Shown here piece after piece: positions 57,459 to 64,000 of a stretch of DNA of 64,000 nucleotides (the stretch's first letter is position 1; every line of letters begins with the position of its first letter). The stretch is from IMG/VR virus record IMGVR_UViG_3300042549_004948, positions 1-64,000 of that record. One strand, given 5' to 3'. The position numbers and the translations under genes are program-made. Below the pieces are notes generated by a model. It was given only the letters and a program-made list of their open reading frames with translations, did no database searches and was not told where the DNA came from. This stretch comes from a virus.

Positions 57459-59136
57459 TATAAGTTATCACGGATCTCATAATGGAGGTTTAGTTATAGA
57501 AAACAATGGTGAAATCCTATGTGTTGTAGAATTTGAAAGATTCATCAATAGTAAAAATGTTGGGATGTCTCAATATAAAATGCCTAGACATATTATAATT
57601 TGTCTTGAGCAAATATTAGATTGGGTTTATAAAGAGTATGGAATAGAAGAATTTGAAAATTGTTATTTTTCATCTACAGATTTTATAGGAGAATCTTTTA
57701 CAGGCCCCTATCAGCTTTTTCAAACTTACAACATGATAAAAGCTAAAAACTATATTCATGGAACGCATCACGAATCTCATGCGGCTGGTTGTTTTTATCA
57801 ATCGCCATTTAAAGAAGCTATAGTATTCTCTTTCGATGGAGGCGGAGACGATGGAGAGTTTAATGTATACCATGCCGTAAGAGGTCAAGAGCTTAATAGA
57901 TTAGCTCAACTTTTAAATCCAACATATAATAGACCTCACCTATATTATAACTTAGGATTTGCGTATATGATATTCGGGCAATATCTAAAAGACATAACCA
58001 TAGATAATGTTTCAGATGGTAACTTAGTATGGCCAGGAAAAATAATGGGATTAGTTTCCTACGGTAAATGGAAAGAAGAGTGGTTAGATGCATTCATAAC
58101 ATTTTTTAAAGATGATCCAGACGGGCATGAAAATGATTATGTTGGTAAATTAAATACTCTAGGTGAAAAAATAGGAATCTCATTTGATATAAATAATAGA
58201 TTTGAAGGACAGTTAGCTTATGATGTTGCGGCTACCGCACAAAGAGCTTTTGAAGAGTGCTTTATAGAAGTAGCAAAACCATATTTCGAAGAGTATCCAG
58301 ATCTTCCTATTTGTATAACTGGAGGCTGTGCTTTAAACATTATATTGAATACTAGAATAAAACAAGAGTTTAATAAAGAAGTTTTTGTAGGACCTAATCC
58401 AAATGATTGCGGAATAGCTTTAGGATTAATGTTAAAACATTTAAAGCCTGAAAATGCTATTGATATAACTTATAAAGGGCTTCCTATATTAGATAAAAAT
58501 TTACTAGTCCAAAGAGTTTGTGAGCATAATAATGTTAGGAGATTAATGGAAAGAGACGAGGCATATCATCCGGTTGAACAATATGATCCTTCGATAGTAG
58601 TTCAAGATTTATTAAGTGGTAAAATAATTGGTGTAGTTAAAGGACAATCAGAGCACGGTCCTAGAGCATTAGGACATAGAAGTATATTATGTAACCCATC
58701 CATACCAGAAATGAAAGATGTATTAAATGCTAAAGTTAAAAATAGAGAGTGGTATAGACCATTTGCACCGGTTGTTAGATTAGAAGACGTAAGTAAATAT
58801 TTTGAATGGGAAGGAGAATCTAGGTGGATGAGTTTCTGCCCGACAGTTAGAGAAGAGTGGAGAGAAAAGTTAGCCGCTATTACTCATGTTGATGGAACTG
58901 CTAGAGTACAAACAGTAACAAAAGATCAAAATGAATTTTTATATAACCTACTTACTGAATTTGAAAAATTAACAGGCGTAGGAGTTTTACTAAATACGTC
59001 TTTTAATGTTAATGGAAAACCTATACTATCTACATATGCAGACGCATTTGAAATTTATACCAAGACACAGTTAGATTGTTTATTATTAGAAGATTATTAT
59101 ATAAGAAAAGAAGATTATAAAAGATATGAAAAATAA
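57451..59136 (+). CDS. O-carbamoyltransferase (NodU/CmcH/TobZ family)
   Basis: HHESHA, DGGGD, GKIMGL, GGCALN, NDCG, EHGPRALGHRS, REWYRPFAP, HVDGTARVQTV, LLNTSFN. Confidence 0.93.
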   Translation: MANISYHGSHNGGLVIENNGEILCVVEFERFINSKNVGMSQYKMPRHIIICLEQILDWVYKEYGIEEFENCYFSSTDFIGESFTGPYQLFQTYNMIKAKNYIHGTHHESHAAGCFYQSPFKEAIVFSFDGGGDDGEFNVYHAVRGQELNRLAQLLNPTYNRPHLYYNLGFAYMIFGQYLKDITIDNVSDGNLVWPGKIMGLVSYGKWKEEWLDAFITFFKDDPDGHENDYVGKLNTLGEKIGISFDINNRFEGQLAYDVAATAQRAFEECFIEVAKPYFEEYPDLPICITGGCALNIILNTRIKQEFNKEVFVGPNPNDCGIALGLMLKHLKPENAIDITYKGLPILDKNLLVQRVCEHNNVRRLMERDEAYHPVEQYDPSIVVQDLLSGKIIGVVKGQSEHGPRALGHRSILCNPSIPEMKDVLNAKVKNREWYRPFAPVVRLEDVSKYFEWEGESRWMSFCPTVREEWREKLAAITHVDGTARVQTVTKDQNEFLYNLLTEFEKLTGVGVLLNTSFNVNGKPILSTYADAFEIYTKTQLDCLLLEDYYIRKEDYKRYEK

Positions 59137-60142
59137 ACCTGTAGTTGTTACTTGGGGATTAGGACCTAGTTATAGAGATAGAGTCAAACAAAATTTTTTA
59201 GAAAGTATTTCTATGGGATATAGTGATACCATGGATTATATTATTTTAACTGACTTACCGTCTGATTTTGATGAATTAAGAAGTAGCACAAATAAAATAA
59301 TAGATGTCATTAATATTCATGAAGTAAGAAAAGATTATCTATGGTCTATAGATATAGAATATATACCTACTAATCAAGAAACTTATGGAAAAGATTATAG
59401 AGATAATTTATATAATAAAAACTTTTTTTCTTATTCTTTAAATAGATTCTCTTTACCAAGAATAGCAGAACTAGGATACACTAAGTTTATAATGCATGAT
59501 CCAGATGCAAATTTAAAATATGATAAAATAGTTTCTGGAGAAATATCTGAAGAAGAATTCTGGAGTGAATTTGATACTCCAATAAATTCAATGAAGGCAT
59601 GTCATAAAGAAGAATTAAAAATAGAGTTAGGAAAATTTCATGATACCGCAGCAATGGGATCTGCAAGTTACTCTGGTTTACAATTAGCATCTATTATAAT
59701 GGATAGGCTAAATAATAAATATGATACGCATAATACAGATCCTATAATACGTAATCTACCAATAACAGAAGGTCCTTTTAGATATTATAATTTTGATTCT
59801 GTAGACACTGTTAAAAAATATTTTGATGTTTGGAATAAATGTTGTAAAATTAGTTATTCAAATAACATTTTTAGAGGGTGTTCTGAATGTGGTGGGTATA
59901 TGCTTTGTGATTATATTCCTGTAGGAGTAGCTAACAAGTACTGTGACATTAAAGTTTTAGACTTTAGTAAAAAATATTATGACATAAAAATATATTTTAC
60001 AGATAGATACTTTATTCCAAAGTCTATGAACTTCGCAGATGGGAGTGGGTTCATACCAGCAGATACTATAGAACAGTTTTATGAAATAAATAAAGAAAAA
60101 ATACAAATTTTAAAGTCAGAAAATAGATGGCCGATATTTTAA
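59126..60142 (+). CDS. Putative GT-A-like glycosyltransferase
   Basis: GLGPSY, IILTDLP, FSYSLNRF, DPD motif. Confidence 0.5.
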   Translation: MKNKPVVVTWGLGPSYRDRVKQNFLESISMGYSDTMDYIILTDLPSDFDELRSSTNKIIDVINIHEVRKDYLWSIDIEYIPTNQETYGKDYRDNLYNKNFFSYSLNRFSLPRIAELGYTKFIMHDPDANLKYDKIVSGEISEEEFWSEFDTPINSMKACHKEELKIELGKFHDTAAMGSASYSGLQLASIIMDRLNNKYDTHNTDPIIRNLPITEGPFRYYNFDSVDTVKKYFDVWNKCCKISYSNNIFRGCSECGGYMLCDYIPVGVANKYCDIKVLDFSKKYYDIKIYFTDRYFIPKSMNFADGSGFIPADTIEQFYEINKEKIQILKSENRWPIF

Positions 60143-60151
60143 AATATTAAT

Positions 60152-63100
60152 ATGAAAAAAAAGCTATTCAAAAAAGTAAGGGGTTTTGAGAATATAAAAT
60201 TAGAACCTACTATAATAAATGATGATCAATTAGATTATCTTGTTCTTTATTTATTAGATTGTATAGATAATAATATAGACGGCGATGTTGTAGAACTAGG
60301 TTGCTTTGTAGGAGAGTCTAGTAAGTATTTAAGAAAATCAATTGAACAATCAGAATCTAGTAAGAAGCTATATGTGTATGATTCATTTGAAGGACTTCCA
60401 GAGTTAACAAAATATGAAGAGGGCACTGGTTGGAGAGAGGGTACTTTAAATACTACGGAAGATATATTAACAAAGAATTTTGTACAGAATGGCTTAGAGC
60501 TTCCAATTATTACTAAATCTTGGTTTAAAGATATACCAAATGAAAGACTCCCAGAAAAAATATCATTTGCTTTTCTTGATGGAGATTTTTATAATTCAAT
60601 ATATGACAGTCTAACTAAAATATATGATAGAGTAGAAAACGGCGGATACATTTGTTTTCATGATTATGATAGAAACGATTTACCAGGAGTGAAAGCTGCT
60701 ATAGTAGACTTCTTCTCAGAAAGGTCTATTAACTATGAAATACTAAAAGTATGTGATCAATTAGCTATAATCAAAAAAAATGAAAAAATAGTATCTTTAA
60801 GTATAGAAAAATATGATAGAGCAAATATAGAATCAGAAGAATCTTTGGACTATTATATAAAAAAATATGGCACAGATAAATCTATAAGTGGATATACTCC
60901 AATGTATGAATGTATATTTGATGATCTTAGATCTGAAAGATTAGCTTTATTAGAAATAGGAATAGGTAGTTTAGATAATCATGTAATAGGAAATTTTATA
61001 CAAACAAAATCAATTTACTATGATCACTATGTACAAGGCGGATCTTTAAGAGTCTGGAGAGATTATTTTCCAAAAGCAGAAATACACGGCATCGATATCG
61101 CAGACGATTGTAAATTTTCAGAAGATAGAATTTCAACATTTATTTGTGATTCTAGAGATAAAAGTGAATGCGATTCGTATCTAAAAGAAAACACTTATGA
61201 TATTATAATTGATGACGGACTCCACAAAGCAAGTGCACAACTTCAAACGTTAAAAAACTTTTTTGATAGAGTTAAAAAAAATGGGTATTATATTATAGAA
61301 GACTTAGGTGGTGGCGGAGATGGAACTAATTTATATGCAGATAGAAAACAAGACGTTATTGATATTATAAAAGATCATGAATGGTTTTTTAAAAATAATT
61401 TTTTAGCTATTAAAAAAACAAATTCAAAAAGAGGAGAGTTATCTTCATTAACAGAATTTAAAAAGGAAAATAATCGTCCTAAATCTGACTTAACAATAGT
61501 TTCTGGATTATGGGATATAGGAAAACAAAATAGATCATTTGATCATTACTTAATGTGCTTTGAAAAATTCCTAGAAATAGATCAAAATCTGTTTTTATTT
61601 ATACCTAAAGAATTAGAAGACTTAGTATGGACCAAAAGAAGTAAACATAACACAAGAATAAAAATAGTTGAATTAGAAGATGTTAAAAATCTATATGGTC
61701 CTTTTTGGGATAGGACACAAGAAATAAGAAAGTCTGAAGACTGGATTAATCAAGCAAATTGGTTAGCTAACTCTCCACAAGGATCTCTTGAGTGGTATAA
61801 TCCTATTGTGATGTCTAAACTTGCAATACTTCATGATGCTAGCATTTATAATCCATTTAGAACAGAGAATTTTATTTGGTTAGATGCTGGAATTAGTAAT
61901 ACTATAAACTATAATTTATTAATAGAATCTGATTTCTTTGATAAGCTACCATCATATCTAGATCCATTCTTATTTATTCAATATCCATATCCATATTATA
62001 ATAAAGGTATCGGAGAAGTACATGGTTTTAATTGGGAAAAACTAAATGAATATGCCGGTGGAGTTGTTGAGTGGATTAGTAGAGGTGGATTATTTGGAGG
62101 AAAAAAAGAAGTTATCTCTGATGTTAATAGTTACTATTGGCACTTGCTAGATAATAGTCTGAATGAAAACTTAATGGGAACAGAGGAAAGTCTGTTTTCT
62201 ATTCTAGCAAAGAAATACCCTGAGATATTTAGAACTTCAAAAATAAATATAAATGGGCATATTCAAGAATTTGTAGAAGCAGTTATAAATAATACGGCAG
62301 TACTAGATCCTATTCCTGAAGATAGGATAAAAAGCAAACACAAATTTGTAAATGTAGATAATTTAAAGGTCAGTCTTTATATGCTTACGTTTAACTTCCC
62401 GCATCAAGTTGAACACACTATTCAAAAATGGTTGAAGCATGAGAAGTGGATAACTAATACCAGAAATATACTTATAGATAATTCTACAAACGATGAAGCT
62501 AGAATAGCTAATGCAGAAATTTGTAAGAAGTATAATTTTGAGCATATAATAACAAATGAAAATACTGGGATCAATGGCGGTAGATTTAGAGCGGCTCAAC
62601 ACTTTCAAGAATCGGATAGCGATTACTATATATTCTTAGAAGACGATATGGGAATAAACTCTCCTAGTGATACTACATTTTGTAGAAATGGATTTAGAAG
62701 GCACATTCCGAACTTATATGATAGGGTTTTAAAAATAATTCATGATACAGATATAGACTTCTTAAAACTATCTTACACAGAAGTTTACATGGACAATAAT
62801 ATCCAAGTATCTTGGTATAATGTTCCTCAAAATATAAGGTCAGAATTTTGGCCTGACTATGATAAACTGCCAGTGCAAGGTTTAGATCCAAATTGTCCTA
62901 GAACTAAGTTCAATGAAATAGAAGTATTAGACGGATTAAGTTATGCTACAGGAGAGATCTACTATTGTAACTGGCCAACTATATGTGGTAAGAAGGGAAA
63001 CCAGAAAATGTTCTTAGATGTTACGTGGCAAAGTCCTTTTGAACAAACTTGGATGAGTTATATGTATCAAGAAACTAAAAAGGGAAATTTGAAACCTGCG

Positions 63101-63172
63101 GTATTATTGGCCAGCCCAATAGATCATGATAGAATAGCTCACTATAAGCCTGAAGAAAGAAGGGAAAACTAA
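60152..63172 (+). CDS. Four-domain fusion: TylF/MycF O-methyltransferase + class I SAM methyltransferase + HtrL/YibB-like glycosyltransferase + GT2-like domain
   Basis: GDVVELG..YDSFEGLP..FLDGDFY..HDY; YGTDK..LEIGIG..DIIIDDGLH..IIED; TIVSGLWDIG..WLDAG..GGLFGG..GTEE; LIDNST..GINGGR..FLEDD. Confidence 0.82.
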   Translation: MKKKLFKKVRGFENIKLEPTIINDDQLDYLVLYLLDCIDNNIDGDVVELGCFVGESSKYLRKSIEQSESSKKLYVYDSFEGLPELTKYEEGTGWREGTLNTTEDILTKNFVQNGLELPIITKSWFKDIPNERLPEKISFAFLDGDFYNSIYDSLTKIYDRVENGGYICFHDYDRNDLPGVKAAIVDFFSERSINYEILKVCDQLAIIKKNEKIVSLSIEKYDRANIESEESLDYYIKKYGTDKSISGYTPMYECIFDDLRSERLALLEIGIGSLDNHVIGNFIQTKSIYYDHYVQGGSLRVWRDYFPKAEIHGIDIADDCKFSEDRISTFICDSRDKSECDSYLKENTYDIIIDDGLHKASAQLQTLKNFFDRVKKNGYYIIEDLGGGGDGTNLYADRKQDVIDIIKDHEWFFKNNFLAIKKTNSKRGELSSLTEFKKENNRPKSDLTIVSGLWDIGKQNRSFDHYLMCFEKFLEIDQNLFLFIPKELEDLVWTKRSKHNTRIKIVELEDVKNLYGPFWDRTQEIRKSEDWINQANWLANSPQGSLEWYNPIVMSKLAILHDASIYNPFRTENFIWLDAGISNTINYNLLIESDFFDKLPSYLDPFLFIQYPYPYYNKGIGEVHGFNWEKLNEYAGGVVEWISRGGLFGGKKEVISDVNSYYWHLLDNSLNENLMGTEESLFSILAKKYPEIFRTSKININGHIQEFVEAVINNTAVLDPIPEDRIKSKHKFVNVDNLKVSLYMLTFNFPHQVEHTIQKWLKHEKWITNTRNILIDNSTNDEARIANAEICKKYNFEHIITNENTGINGGRFRAAQHFQESDSDYYIFLEDDMGINSPSDTTFCRNGFRRHIPNLYDRVLKIIHDTDIDFLKLSYTEVYMDNNIQVSWYNVPQNIRSEFWPDYDKLPVQGLDPNCPRTKFNEIEVLDGLSYATGEIYYCNWPTICGKKGNQKMFLDVTWQSPFEQTWMSYMYQETKKGNLKPAVLLASPIDHDRIAHYKPEERREN

Positions 63173-63186
63173 TATTTATTCTTGAT

Positions 63187-63492
63187 ATGCCAATAATTAC
63201 ACCAAGACCATACACAGTTTCTTTTGTAGCAGAAAGTACTATATACCAAAATGAGGTTAGATGCTTAGTTAATGAGAATGACTTTAACTATACTCAGAAC
63301 CCATCTGCCGTACAATTAGGAACCTCAGGATCATATATAAATGCCGTAACCGGATCTGATTTTCATCCGTACTCTTCAATGGTAGGATTATATAATGACA
63401 AGGATGAACTTCTAGTCGTAGGTAAATTAGCTAGGCCATATCCAGTACCACAGAACACAGACGTTACCTTTATTATAAGATGGGATTCATAG
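63187..63492 (+). CDS. Detached C-terminal domain of the split baseplate-associated gene
   Basis: FNYTQNPS...VGLYNDKDELLVVGKLARP...FIIRWDS matches the C-terminus of the 46656 protein; own ATATTTAT motif at 63172. Confidence 0.75.
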   Translation: MPIITPRPYTVSFVAESTIYQNEVRCLVNENDFNYTQNPSAVQLGTSGSYINAVTGSDFHPYSSMVGLYNDKDELLVVGKLARPYPVPQNTDVTFIIRWDS

Positions 63493-63512
63493 TATTCTCA
63501 TATTTATAATAA

Positions 63513-63974
63513 ATGGGTTTTATGAAAAAGTGGTTATATAAAGAATTAGACTCTACTAAGGAGTTTTACACCCTAGAAGATTTTCCTCAAGACACTATTG
63601 GATTCGTATATAAAGTTACTAATATATGTGACGGCCGCATATACGTGGGAAAGAAGGTTCTTTTCAATAATCTAACAAAGACATTAACCAAGAAAGAGAT
63701 CGCGGCATGGTCATCGCCTGGGCGCGTCCCACGCAAGAAGAAGGTGATAAAGGAGTCTGACTGGGAGTCTTATTGGGGAAGCAACAAGCACATAAAAGAG
63801 GATTTAAAGAATCTGGGTGAAAAGTGCTTCACTAGAGAGATCCTGACATTCTGTAAGACTAAGAAACAACTAACCTACTATGAAGTTTATTGGCAAATGA
63901 AATTAGAAGTGCTTGCCATAAACTCTTACAATGATAATATTCAAGGTAGGTTTTATAGAAAGGATCTAGAATAA
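63513..63974 (+). CDS. GIY-YIG-like endonuclease-fold protein
   Basis: GFVYKVTN...YVGKK, ESDWESYWGS, FTREIL, YYE, YNDNI. Confidence 0.7.
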   Translation: MGFMKKWLYKELDSTKEFYTLEDFPQDTIGFVYKVTNICDGRIYVGKKVLFNNLTKTLTKKEIAAWSSPGRVPRKKKVIKESDWESYWGSNKHIKEDLKNLGEKCFTREILTFCKTKKQLTYYEVYWQMKLEVLAINSYNDNIQGRFYRKDLE

Positions 63975-63998
63975 AAAACCCGACCTTACGGGGCCGGG
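63973..63998 (-). terminator. Intrinsic terminator for a convergent minus-strand transcript
   Basis: Minus strand CCCGGCC-CCGTAA-GGTCGGG-TTTTTT. Confidence 0.7.
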
Positions 63999-64000
63999 AA

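Noticed and set aside
63513-63974. GIY-YIG gene as the mobiliser of the glyco-cassette
   Set aside because: It lies outside the split gene, is short with no obvious DNA-binding tail and has its own late motif; no att sites or terminal repeats seen at the cassette ends

Overview
The window is 64 kb of an AT-rich, densely coding, large T4-like (contractile-tailed) bacteriophage genome using the standard genetic code. The host is most plausibly a Bacteroidota bacterium: there are no Shine-Dalgarno sites, and promoter and sequon motifs are Bacteroidota-like. The left arm (1-31.8 kb, minus strand) holds tail fibres, neck/tail-completion genes, phoH, major capsid, scaffold, prohead protease, portal and large terminase. 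It then continues with ~20 small accessory genes, nucleotide-acting enzymes, an exonuclease and a primase. A divergent promoter region at ~31.8 kb is followed by a ~250 nt highly pairable non-coding segment. The right arm (plus strand) holds a glutaredoxin, an HD hydrolase, a gp55-like late sigma factor and the baseplate genes. Main candidates for undescribed biology: (1) a ~15 kb cassette that appears to split a conserved baseplate gene. It carries mucin-like (S-x-S-x-T-P)n virion proteins plus a 9-gene glycan operon led by two GT60-like polypeptide GlcNAc-transferases, i.e. a phage-encoded mucin-type O-glycosylation system. (2) A block of genes sharing an MIKLxDILxE-type leader and internal [LI]xE sites, consistent with capsid-targeted, protease-processed polyprotein cargo that includes enzymes. 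(3) Several structured RNA elements and a late promoter motif (ATATTTAT) whose core is the reverse complement of the T4 late promoter. All family assignments come from motif recognition by eye; no database searches were run.
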